From NCBI RefSeq assembly GCF_003918875.1, contig NW_025767286.1, forward strand, positions 434,001-498,000: a stretch of DNA of 64,000 bases, given 5' to 3'. The stretch is from Haliotis rubra. Taxonomy: Eukaryota. A program made the position numbers and the translations under genes. Under the pieces are notes generated by a model. The model was not told the origin of the DNA. It saw nothing but the letters and a program-made list of their open reading frames with translations, and ran no database searches. This document shows, one piece after another, positions 35,554 through 47,925 of this stretch; position 1 is the stretch's first letter; every line of letters begins with the position of its first letter.

Positions 35554-38500
35554 TTAGTCTAATCCCGCATCGCCAGTGAAGAAATCACAGCAGCGCAACA
35601 AACACCTAATAATGTCTGATAAGGAAAACATCAGACACGCTCGCACGCATGCGTACTAACGCGTTAATCCCATTCATCTCACCTGACTAAGGGAGTAAAT
35701 GTTAAAATGGTTTAATGCTTCTTTGAATTAATACACTGTTTTCAATCACAGTGGTGTATATACACCTGGAGAAGTTGTTACATATATCATGTCTTCTCCC
35801 ATGTCGAGGGTCACGGTAAATATACATATACACGTCAACTGTCGTTTTCCTCAACGTCAGGCCAGATGACCTTTGACCCGAAGGTTGTGACAAGACGGTG
35901 GCAGTGACACAAGTGACAACAGAGCGACACCCCGGAATGACTGACAGACATTTTTATAACGGGATGCCAGCCCTGAAAGTGATTGATGCCGTGTTGAAGA
36001 AATATGCAATACCTAATTCGTGATATTTTTGACAAAATGCCTCTTTATAGATCACAAAAAACGTCGGTGTAGAATGTACAAACGCATTAATCGGATCCAA
36101 ATGGGAGACAGTTATTCCAAATATATCACAATCTACGAAAAAAAAAGATTGAAGTGAATAGATGCACATATCGCGTTTATCTATAGTCCTCGCCACTTGA
36201 AATAGAATCAAGAAGCATTTGCATGTGTGGTAGTACATATGAAGAGAAAACATGTCGTTCCGGCTATGAAGGTGCTCATAGCTAACATCGCAAAGACCCT
36301 TCGTGAGTCACTGAATCAGCTGGGTTATCCGCCATCTGCATCAATTTTCTAGCTGTATCGCGATGGGCACCCGTGAAGATCCGGGTTAGAATTGATCTTC
36401 AGCAACCCATGCTTGTCGTAAGAGGCGACTAACAGGATCGGGTGGTCAGGCTCGATGACTTTGTTGACATTTGTCATCAATCCCATTTGCGTAATTTTAA
36501 GTCAGACTATAAACCTCTGTTTCGAGTAACTTCTTACAGAAGACAAACTCTACAGAAAGATACAGCCAGTTTGAACAAGTGGATACTTTGGGTAATTACG
36601 AATTTTGTCAAAATAAAAAGGTTATGAAATATTTTATGCGTATTTGTGTGCAAGCAACAACAAAAATAAAGGGGTCATGGGGATTATGGTTGACACATGT
36701 CATCGTATGTCAGTTGCGTAGATTGATGCTTATGATGTTGATCACTGGATTGTCTGGTGCAGATTCGATTATTTCCAGACCGCCGCCATGTAGCTGGAAT
36801 ATCACGTAGAGCGGCGTGAACAAACAAACAAGCAAGCAAGCAAACGTAAGGATTTCCGTCCATTTATTTACGTCTCACTGAAATGAAGTACATTTGTATA
36901 ATCCAACAGGACGTCACGTCAACTCTCAAACTCACCTTATTAATGTATCAACGTAGTGATTACATCTACAAGTAACAGGCAGCTACTTAATTCTACGGAT
37001 TCACGATTATTGAGAGGCAAGGTGAGAAAACATGGCGCTTAACGTCATGTTCGCATCATTTCACTGATACAGCGGTTGACGCACATGCACGGGTGTGCGG
37101 GTAATTTCTGTGTTTAATTTGTAAAAGTGCAACAATTACACAGTAGATAGATAGTTTCCGATAAATGACAGAGATTAGAAAGCGGTTTGCCATAAAACTG
37201 GCTACAACGCGTGTAAACCCCATGTCTGTTTTGATATCGACAATGTGACACTTGTCAACCAATCAACGATGACTTCGAATAACCCATGGTATGTGGATCG
37301 GGAAATCGACAAGCAAGTGTCACTTCAACAATACAATGAATAAAAGTTTAACTCCACTGGCTGCGCTGTAACAGAGTTTCAGAACCTTGTGATGTGTTTT
37401 CAAGAGAATGTGTCATCTTTTTCACTTGTTTAATTTGATGTGTGTTATGAATTTGCATGGCGATTGTTGAACGCCTGCCACACAGTGACAAGCACGACAT
37501 CTTTGATTGACATAATTCTTAACAGTTCATCCATACGATATGTTTCGTAAAGACATTGGGAAAAGGAACGTGTGTTTTTTGTCTATTATGTCAGTTGAAT
37601 TTCACTAAATTGTCAACCGGTCCACTCATCGTAAAATCTATTGATTTCGTACCTATTAAACATGAAGCGTTTGTTTTAACATACCACAGCTGCCGTCTGC
37701 CTCGTGTCACGAAAATCTCCTTTAGCACGTGCAAAATGGCGGGTTGGTTGCAGTGACGAGATTAGCAGAGCAAACACGCCACGATCTTCACGAGAATTAT
37801 CCTGTTCTTGAAAGAGAATATTTCCACCAATCAAGAGGTGTTTGATACAGCGCGGAGTCAAACTATAGGGTGATACCATTTTAGTATATTTCTTGTAAAT
37901 GAAAGAGCATATTTGAAACTTCAAGTTAAGTTGAAAACTCAAAATATCTAACGTTGAAATTCCAAGATACTATGGAAAAAGTTCAAGATATTATACATGA
38001 CACGATGGTGATATTTTAACAAAATTACAATATACTCTTTAACACTGCATGATATTGCACTTGAATTTTCATAGTTTTAGAAATTTCTACACGATATGTT
38101 AACATTTCAGCATATTTCTTGAAAATGTCTAATTTTAACTTACTAGAAGACAAAATCAAACTGACATGGCCCTATTTGCCTTCAATATTACAGAGAGAAA
38201 AATCGCTTTTCTAAACATTTTTTGTCTGGATGATTTTCTCGACGAATACAGTCCATAATTTCGAGTTGGTTAAAAAGTGTAACATTCCGTGAAAATCCGT
38301 CATCGTATCCCAATTGCGTAGATTGATGCTCATGCCGTTGATCACTGGATTGTCTGGTCCAGACTCGAATATTTACAGATCGCCGCCATACTACTTGAAT
38401 ATTGCTGAGTGCGGCGTAAACAAAACAAAACGTGTAAAAAATAATAAGTATTTTTATAATAAACCATTTTGCCCACAACTGCATGAGGTTTGAATATCGA

Positions 38501-38901
38501 ACTGCTCTATCAATAACATTACAATTACAACAAGTTACTGTTTTCAACCTTTGAACATTAAAAAACACATAAAGCTAAAAAGTCGATGTAAAGAAATATT
38601 CCCATTTAAATCCCAAAATTGACATAATACATTTTCTTCAAAGAAGCAAATTATACAGACCGATGAACCAAACTTGCATATCCGCATCAATAACCAAGCA
38701 GTTCTGTGATTGCTAGCTGATGTATGTGATTGTTGGAAGGTTGCAAGTTGGATCATTAATCACTATATATAGCGCATAGCAACGACAGTCGAGACTTGAG
38801 GAGATATATATGCTGGTTCCTTTTAACGCCACTCAGAAACGTTCTAGCTTTCCCGCCGGTCTTTAAAAGATTTAGTCTTGACCAGTTGATCCATTTGATT
38901 G

Positions 38902-39145
38902 AACCTGTGAAGATACCGGTTAGAATTGATCTTCAGCAACCCATGCTTGTCGTGAGAGGCGATTAACGGGACTGGGTGGTCAGGCTCGCTGACTTGGTTG
39001 ACACATGTCATCGTATCCCAATTGCGTAGATTGATGCTCGTGTTGTTAATCACTGGATTGTCTGGTCCAGGCTCGATTATTTACAGATCGCCGCCATGTA
39101 GCTGGAATATTGCAGAGTGCGGCATTATACAACCAATCAACCGAC
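38902..39145 (+). mobile_element. Family B short retroelement
   Basis: Full-length consensus match. Other copies or fragments at ~14170, 22135, 30269, 32560, 36369, 38295, 39440, 43431, 55290 and 62530. Confidence 0.85.
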
Positions 39146-39254
39146 CATTTGACTGACATTGTGACCAGCGACACACACAACACGATAAGACATTATCCAA
39201 GAGAACAGCGAGCCTGACCACCTAATCCCTTACATCTCCTCTTACGACGACATG

Positions 39255-39420
39255 GGGCGGTGGGGTAGCCTAGTGGTTAAAGCGTTCGCTCGTCACACCG
39301 AAGACCCGGGTTCGATTCCAAACATGGGCACACTGTGTGAAGCTCATTTGTGGTGTCCCCCGCCGTGATATTGCTGGAATATTGCTAAAAGCGGCGTAAA
39401 ACCATATTCACTCACTCACT
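39255..39420 (+). mobile_element. Family A SINE inserted in a family B fragment
   Basis: TSD CTTACGACGACA. Further family A copies at ~32078, 32358, 39631, 40048, 41503, 42490, 48415, 49323, 52342, 56985 and 59773. Confidence 0.88.
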
Positions 39421-41109
39421 CTTACGACGACAATCATTTGGTTGCTGTGATTTCTGTGTGGCGTTTGAGTCTGCACTCGGCAATATTTTATATATATGAG
39501 GTCAGCCTGTAAATAATCTTGTCTTGACCAGACAGTCTATTGGCTGACATCATTGGCAGCCATTTTCGACAACCATGTGGTTGCTGAAGACAAGTCTAGC
39601 ACGATCCCTCACGGACCCTGTTTATAATAATGAGTGAGTGATTTTAGTTTTACGTCGCTTTTAACAATGTTCCAGCAATGCCACGGCAGGGGACACAAAA
39701 AATTGGCTTCACACATTGTACCCATGTGGGGAATCGAACGCGGGTCTTCGGCGTGACGAGCGAACGCTTTAGCCACTAGGCTACCCCGCCCCTATATACA
39801 ATAACCAACGGGTTATAACGAACTCAAATGGACCACGAAGTTTAGTTCGTATTTTGACTTAAAAATATACAAGACGCAGCCACTCTGTCTGTGTGATTGT
39901 GTGTGTGTGTGTGGTTGGTTTCTTGGTTGGCTGGTTGTGTGCAATATTCCATCTATATGACGTCAGCTTGTAAATAATCATGTCTGGACCAGACACACCT
40001 GTGATGCATACTTTAAGCAGTGACCCACGACGTCGGAGGTAATCGTCAGGGACACCAGAAATAGGCTTCACACATTGTGCCCACACTTGTGGGGAATCGA
40101 ACCCGGGTCTTCGGCGTGACGAGCAAACGCTTTAACCATTAGGCTACCCCACCGCTTCACCACTCAAAAGAAGCCGTGTAGTACAGTATATATATTAAAA
40201 CGCTAGTGTTTGGGGAATCAGCTCGCATGGCTAGAGGTTCCACTATACTAACCTACACACAACACAGCACCTGAGTGAATAAACGAGGAGCCACAGAATG
40301 ATTTGCGTCCGTCTGTCGTCCCTTTTTTAGATCTACTCCAGCTAAACATAAACGCATTTACTGATAAAACCGACGACAAAGTTGTTACTGTGAACTGAAG
40401 ACTATATCATTTTGTTTGACCGAAGCATCGATGGTAAATGTGTGCAATGGATGACCAGCTGCGCTTGATTTGACCAACATAGAAAATAAACAGCCGTAAA
40501 GACAGATAACTGAACTGCATCTTGGATCTGTTAGCTTAAGAGACACTGGTCCTGGATTAGACCCGATGCTCCCTATCAATGAGAGAGACACTTGGCAGGT
40601 TTCCGATTGAGGAACGTGGTCCCTGAGTCTGTAATATTTCCCGTTTTCCCGTCATAAAATATTTGTCCGTTTCCTCCATATTAATATATATATGCCTGCC
40701 AGAAGATAGTTTTTTTACACACAAGGTAGCCAAGTGGTAAAGGCGTTCGCCCGTCGCCTAAGACCCATATTCACACATGGATACAATGTGTGAAGCCCGG
40801 GAAGTGTCCCGGGAAGTTGAATGATTTATTCGATTATTCAAATATGGTATTTTTTTCTAAAGCCGATTTGTGGAACATACTTAGCTAGCCATGTTTGTTT
40901 GTATCATCTAGTTTGGTTTAATTAAATGAAGATATTCTGCCGTAATTTCACTAAAGGCTAAAATGAATGTAGCACACACAAACATGAAGTATGTGGACAG
41001 AATGGTGTGCCAGTTTTAGTTGGTGATTAAAACGAAGAGCTTGTTTACGAAAAGGGTCATTGGTAGTTTATGAGACCTAAACCTTAACTCTTCGCCTTTC
41101 ATCGTCAGT

Positions 41110-41430
41110 AGGTGAGGTGAGGTGAGGTGAAATTGGGTTTGACGTCGTGCTTGAGAATATTTCGCTCATATGACGACGTGCATGCGTGTGTATGTTTATG
41201 TGCGGCTGCTTGTACTAGCCCAGACTGAAGCTGGTTTTATAGTGCTAGCCCACTGAGATACCATGCCGCAGTGAAGCATGAATACCCCACTCAGACACAT
41301 TATACTGACTCCGAGCCGACCAGTCCTTGTTGTACCCATTAATGCCGAGCGCCAGGCAGGGACCAACAAGTACCATATTTTAACGTCTTTTGGTATGACG
41401 CGGTCGGGGATCGAACCCGCGACCTTCCGC
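41110..41430 (-). mobile_element. Family C V-domain SINE, 5'-truncated
   Basis: Matches 34535-34902 but lacks the A box. Confidence 0.88.
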
Positions 41431-42759
41431 ACTCCTTTCGAAAAAGAGTCGTTGGTATTTTACGAGATCTAAACCTTAACTCTTCGCCTTTCATCGTCAG
41501 TAGGGTCGGCGGGGTAGCCTAGTGGTTAAAGCGTTCGGTCGTCACACCAAAAACTCGGGTTCAATTTCCCACATGGGTGCAAATGTGAAGCCCATATCTT
41601 GTGTCCCCTGGCGTGATAGAGCTGGAAAAGCTAAAGGCGGCGCAAAACCATATTCACTCACTCGCCGTGTTCCCATTCAACATATATAACAGTATTGTCA
41701 AGAGCTGTCTTTGGCCAGCATATTGGTGTATTTGACAGCGGACCGAGTACTGCTTGACAGTTGAGCTTTCTGTTTATCAGCAAAAAAGGAGAACTCAAAA
41801 TCTCAAATCACTGTCATATTCCAACATTTTAACTCTTGTTTTGAAAGATGAAAAGCTCTCAAAGTTTGACTCGCTTTCGCAATTTAGATTTTTCAATCTG
41901 AATTTGGAAAATGAAATACTCGCGATCTCGTTACGTACAACAGCTTTCTGTCGTTATGTTATATGTCAAAACTACACATCGCCCTTAAAAGTTAAACACC
42001 CTTACTTTCGATCTGAAACCACCAATTCACCTAAAAGAAGCGACAAAAGCATATCCTTAATCCCGAGAAAAAAGAAAATGCAAGGTTAAATTGTACGATT
42101 CCGACTTTACAATCTCACGTATGTGTCGTCGTGAATCACGAACAGCCACGATACCAAGCGTTCGCGAAAAGGCGAGCGTATCCTGCTCAATCGAAGGCAT
42201 TCGTCATATACACATGCGAAGCCAAGTCAATTGTTCACCTGAACAAACACGGGATAATACGAACAAAATCATTTTAAAAAGTCGCGATTAACAGAAACGA
42301 TCAATTACGAGGTTGAGTCTGCCCATGTCTCGATGTTCAACATGGAAGCCGATCTGTCAAAATATTCACGGACAGAAACTCGCCATGTAGCATGATGGCG
42401 ACTTCTAAATGAATCCCTGATATCAGGCTCGGCTAAGCGATGCGAGCGGTAATACGTTACGGACTTGTGTAAACTTCATTCATCATTTAGGGCGGCAGGG
42501 TAGCCTAGTGGTTAAAGCGTTCGCTCGTCACGCCGAAGACCCAGGTTCGATTCCCCACAAGGGTACAATGTGTGAAACCAAAAATTGGCGAATTCTGAAC
42601 AGAAGTTTACACCAAAACGCAGCTGTTCACATGCACGATATGTGCACATGCTTTTCAGCAATTTGATGCATGATCTTCGTACAATTCATCTGCATAAGGT
42701 CTGCAGTTGGTTCCCCCAAGTTAGTGGAGAAATCAATCTTCGATGCATGCATGCATGCA

Positions 42760-42763
<4 letters not shown>

Positions 42764-42804
<41 letters not shown>
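42764..42804. repeat. (CA)n microsatellite
   Basis: About 20 uninterrupted CA units. Confidence 0.95.
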
Positions 42805-42806
<2 letters not shown>

Positions 42807-42921
42807 ATAACATAACATATAGTAAGTGTTTTCAGTGAGTCTAAACTTTTGATGGGAAGTATATATACAAGAAGTTGTCATCCATCTGGTATCTTGCCTG
42901 AATAATGTTCCTCACCTACTT

Positions 42922-43085
42922 CGGGCGGTGGGGTAGCCTAGTGGTTAAAGCGTTGGCTCGTCACGCCGAAGACCCGGGTTCGAATCCCCACATGGGTACA
43001 ATGTGTGAAGCCCATTTCTGGTGTCCCCCGCCGTGATGTTGCTGGAATATTGCTAAAAGCGTCGTAAAACCAAACTCAGTCAGTC
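42922..43085 (+). mobile_element. Family A tRNA-derived SINE, near consensus
   Basis: A/B boxes intact, CpGs intact, TSD CCTCACCTACTTC. Confidence 0.92.
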
Positions 43086-43214
43086 CTCACCTACTTCTAA
43101 AATACCAATCAAACAGATGGTCGTTGAATTGTTTTAAACGAAAACCCGACTGCACCAAGAAACTGTGCAGAAAACTACAGAAGCTGCTTCATCTGCACAG
43201 ATTATTCTGATTAT

Positions 43215-43410
43215 GGGGAAGGATAACAATATCTGGATGAACAACGCCTTTATTACAGTGAGAGCGACGTTTCTGTGTAGGTTCTAACACCGTTATCAAG
43301 TAACATTTACAATCTACACTGAAACATCGCCCCCTCTTTAACAAAGAAGTTGTCCATCCATATATTGTTATCCTTTCTTAGAGCCCCAACTTCTAAATTC
43401 CTCTAAAAAA
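43215..43410. mobile_element. Second inverted Penelope-type pLTR remnant with a hammerhead-like core
   Basis: Arms aaggataacaatat.tggatg / catccatatattgttatcctt; minus strand 43266-43300 reads TTGATAA-CGGTGT..ACAC-AGAAACGTC. Confidence 0.5.
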
Positions 43411-43831
43411 GTTAGTCATATTGTGCTTTCACCCGCGAAGATCCGGGTTAGAATTGTTTTTCAGCAACCCTTGTTTGTCGTCAGAGGACCCGTGAAGATC
43501 CGGGTTAGAATTGATCTTCAGCAGCACATTCTTGCTGTAAGAGGCGACTAACGGGATGGGTGGTTGGGCTCGGTTTACACTTGCCATGGCACAGAACACC
43601 ACATAGAGCCGTAATATAGTACGGCTTTAAACAACAAACTGGGATCGTGGACTTAGTTGATTCATGTCATCGTATCCACATACCGCACATGGCCAGGTTA
43701 TTAACGTGCTTATCAGTACTGTATCTCACTTTAGGTACTATTTCACTCTCATGAACGACAAATCCCAAAGTCAGATTCGAACCCAGACCGTACACCCTTT
43801 GACCAACTAGACTACCTGATCTCTTCGTTAA

Positions 43832-44908
43832 AGGTCACATGCAACGTAAAACACAACTTTGCAGATTCTGATACCTTTCGGTATGGACTTACCGAAACAA
43901 ATCGTCAAAAATGCAAATTCAACTTATAAAGTTGAAAAAAACGCGATGAAAAAACCCGCGCGAAATCGGAGTTCAAACGATTCACTAATTTTCCCCCAGC
44001 GCTTTGGGGAAAAGTGGTTTCAACTGTTGGGCTGCGCTCATAGCACATGCGCAGTGAAATAGGTTCGCGCAGCTTGTATAAAGCGGGTTGTCCGGTGAAG
44101 GCTTTGGTGTGAGCTATTTTTCTAATGTTTTGTTGATATTTCACAGGCGCGAGCTTTTTATATTATATGTTATGACAGTAGATTACCGATTTAACTGTTT
44201 ATATAATTTCATTTGTCTATTTCACCACACGTTCTTCTTACCGAGTCACTTTCTCAGTTCGATACTTAAAAGCAATGTCATTATTTAGCGTTGACAGAAT
44301 TTCTAACTACGATATAGATATGTCGTTGTCACAGACAAAACTCAATGTCTGTTTTATTGATACCTGTGTGTCTGCCTGCCTGTCTGCTAATGACAATATT
44401 CAATACACAACTCCGATCACTGACCACATGCAATTTGAACTTAACACCAATCAGGCTATACACCATAAACAAAACGCATGATTGATTTATGGCCCGAGTT
44501 CGGTCTCTGTCACATTATGTAATTACACAGACAGGCAGGTGTGATACTTGTACACATGACATGTTATGATCTCTATTGATTGCAAAATGTTATACACAAA
44601 AATTAGCATGTATTTACGAAACCCTACATCTCTATATATACACACACAATAGGCCGTGAGGGCATCTGCAAATGAACCAGCCGTTACACTTGAGTGCACA
44701 CCCACCCGCTCTGACTGGGTTCGGTATCCCGGCTGCTTCGTTTCTTGGGAAGTAAACCCAAGTACAAAATTATGCACTTTTGATTTGCGATTGTACGCTT
44801 ATAATTTTGTTTATATGTTTTTTTCATAATCAGCAATGTATATTATATGTCATGAATAAGTGATAACTGTGTTTTAATTATGTTTGATTTTTTGGTTGCA
44901 TGTGACCT
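43832..44908. mobile_element. Non-autonomous Kolobok-like DNA transposon
   Basis: TIR AGGTCACATGCAAC / GTTGCATGTGACCT with TTAA TSD on both sides; no ORF. Confidence 0.78.
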
Positions 44909-45778
44909 TTAAACATTTGGTACAGGTCAGCCACGTGATCAGCTTGCAAGTCGACCTGTTGTTGTAGGCTGTGGTATCATGGGAAGACTTGTGACCAAAA
45001 AACGATTGAATTAATGCACCAGTATGACGAACAGGAGCGACAGCCTGTCAGCTGAGAAGGGTGTGACGTTGTGTATTGTGCACAGACAGGATTGGCAAGT
45101 ATGCAGGTGTCAGTTTTCTTTTAACATCTGACTATCAAAAAGAAGCATGTCCATGTTTTGGATACATTGTATGTTGTAAGCTTTATATCCCTAAAGACAT
45201 ATAAGCGTCGCATTTCCCCAACTGTGTCATAAGGCCAAGAGACGGAAATACATGTATGTGTTTCGAAAAGTTGTTAAAGGGGTTCGAGGACTGTCTTCAA
45301 AGATATCAAATGTGAAGCCATGTTTCATCCTTTGAACGGCAGCACAAAACAAGAAACTTCAATCCATGTACTGTTATACTATAACTGAAATATCCTGTGC
45401 TATTAAAGGATAACGCCAGACAGTATCCGAATAAAATTCAACCCTAAAAATATACTAATTGTTTGCAAGGAGTTGCACTGTAGCCATGATTGACACTATG
45501 AGTGAGTGAGTTTAGTTTTACGGCGCTTCTAGTAATATTCCAGCAATATCACGGAGGGGTTGACACTATGAAAGATTGACAAGTGGTGCTTCACGAAACT
45601 GTCAGTGCTTTCTATCTAACGCATGTAAAACGACAAGAACGTTATAAAAATGCTTAAAGCAAGAAAGATAGATTTTAAAGAATTATATTAACAATCGAAA
45701 GATTATTTTCGAAGCATAACATAATACATATATACTGTCAGCATTTTTAATTATTTTCATTAAAATGCTTTAACTTTC

Positions 45779-47925
45779 ACGTCACTCGGAGGTGCTAGTG
45801 TACCGCACCACAGGCGTACAGTAGGCATGGGCAGCTTGACGTCACTCGGAGGGTGCTAGTGTACCGCACCACAAGCGTACAGTAGGCATGGGCAGCTTGA
45901 CGTCACCAGGAGGGTGCTAGTGTACCGCACCACAGGCGTACAGTGGGCATGGGCAGCTTGACGTCACCAGGAGGGTGCTAGTGTACCGCACCACAGGCGT
46001 ACAGTAGGCGTGGGCAGCTTGACGTCACTCGGAGGGTGCTAGCGTACCGCACCACAGGCGTACAGTAGGCGTGGGCAGCTTGACGTCACTCGCAGGTACA
46101 GGCGTGGGCGGCTTGACGTCACTCGGTACCGCACCACAGGCGTACAGTAGGCGTGGGCAACACGACGTCACTCGGAGGTTGCTAGTGTACCGCACCACAG
46201 GCGTACAGTAGGCATGGGCAGCTTGACGTCACTCGGAGGTTGCTAGTGTACCGCACCACAGGCGTACAGTAGGCGTGGGCAGCTTGACGTCACTCGGAGG
46301 GTGCTAGTGTACCGCACCACAGGCGTACAGTAGGCGTGGGCAGCTTGACGTCACTCGCAGGGTGCTAGGTACCACACCACAGGCGTACAGTAGGCGTGGG
46401 CAGCTTGACGTCACTCGCAGGGTGCTAGTGTACCGCACCACAGGCGTACAGTAGGCGTGGGCAGCTTGACGTCACTCGCAGGGTGCTAGTGTACCGCACC
46501 ACAGGCGTACAGTAGGCGTGGGCAGCTTGACGTCACTCGGAGGTTGCTAGTGTACCGCACCACAGGCGTACAGTAGGCGTAGGCAGCTTGACGTCACTCG
46601 GAGGGTGCTAGTGTACCGCACCACAGGCGTACAGTAGGCGTGGACAGCTTGACGTCACTCGCTAGGGTACCGCACCACAGGCGTACAGTAGGCGTGGGCA
46701 GCTTGACGTCACCGCAGGGTGCTGGTGTACCGCACCACAGGCGTACAGGCGTGGGCAGCAGCTTGACGTCACTCGCAGGGTGCTAGTGTACCGCACCACA
46801 GGCGTACAGTAGGCGTGGGCAGCTTGACGCGTCACTCGGAGGTTGCTAGTGTACCGCACCACAGGCGTACAGTAGGCGTGGGCAGCTTGACGTCACTCGG
46901 AGGGTGCTAGGGTACCGCACCACAGGCGTACAGTAGGCGTGGGCAGCTTGACGTCACTCGGAGGGTGCTAGTGTACCGCACCACAGGCGTACAGTAGGCG
47001 TGGGCAGCTTGACGTCACTCGCAGGGTGCTAGTGTACCGCACCACAGGCGTACAGTAGGCGTGGGCAGCTTGACGTCACTCGGAGGTTGCTGGTGTACCG
47101 CACCACAGGCGTACACGTAGGCGTGGGCAGTACGCGTGGTGCTAGGGTACCGCACCACAGGCGTCAGGCGTGGGAGCTTGACGTCACTCGCAGGGTGCTA
47201 GGGCGTACCGCACCACAGGCGTCCAGTAGGCGTGGGCAGCTTGACGTCACTCGGAGGTTGCTAGCGTACCGCACCACAGGCGTACAGTAGGCGTGGACAG
47301 CTTGACGTCACTCGGAGGATCGCACAACAAGCGTTCAGTAGGTATGGGCAACTTGACGTCACTCGGAGGCTGCTAGCGTACCGCACCCACAGGCGTACAG
47401 TAGGCGTGGGCAGCTTGACGTCACTCGGAGGTTGCTAGCGTACCGCACCAACAGGCGTCCAGTAGGCGTAGGCAGCTTGACGTCACTCGGAGGTTGCTAG
47501 TGTACCGCACCACAGGCGTCCAGTAGGCGTAGGCAGCTTGACGTCACTCGGAGGTTGCTAGCGTACCGCACCACAGGCGCCAGGCGTGGGCAGGCGTCCA
47601 GTCGCACAACAAGCGTTCAGTAGGCTTGGGCAGCTTGACGTCACTCGGAGGTTGCTAGCGTACCGCACCAACAAGCGTACAGTAGGCGTGGGCAGCTTGA
47701 CGTCACTCGGAGGCTGCTAGCGTACCGCACCAACAGGCGTTCAGTAGGCGTGGGCAACTTGACGTCACTCGGAGGCTGCTAGCGTACCGCACAACAGGCG
47801 TACAGTAGGCATGGGCAGCTTGACGTCACTCGGAGGATCGCACAACAAGCGTTCAGTAGGCATGGGCAACTTGACGTCACTCGGAGGCTGCTAGCGTACC
47901 GCACCACAGGCGTTCAGTAGGCATT
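45779..47925. repeat. 61-bp GC-rich minisatellite, ~35 copies
   Basis: Unit GTCACTCGGAGGGTGCTAGTGTACCGCACCACAGGCGTACAGTAGGCGTGGGCAGCTTGAC repeated head to tail. Confidence 0.97.

Noticed and set aside
36369-36445. Canonical HDV-like ribozyme assignment for the family B head
   Set aside because: Only 12 nt separate the candidate P1 strands, too few for P2, P3 and L3; kept as an unclassified structure instead.
42922-42995. tRNA gene (also the other family A and C heads)
   Set aside because: A/B boxes are present, but the head runs into a SINE body and tail with TSDs and lacks a proper acceptor stem; these are SINEs.
45779-47925. CRISPR-like regular repeat array
   Set aside because: Units are contiguous with no unique spacers, there are no cas genes, and the context is eukaryotic; it is a minisatellite.
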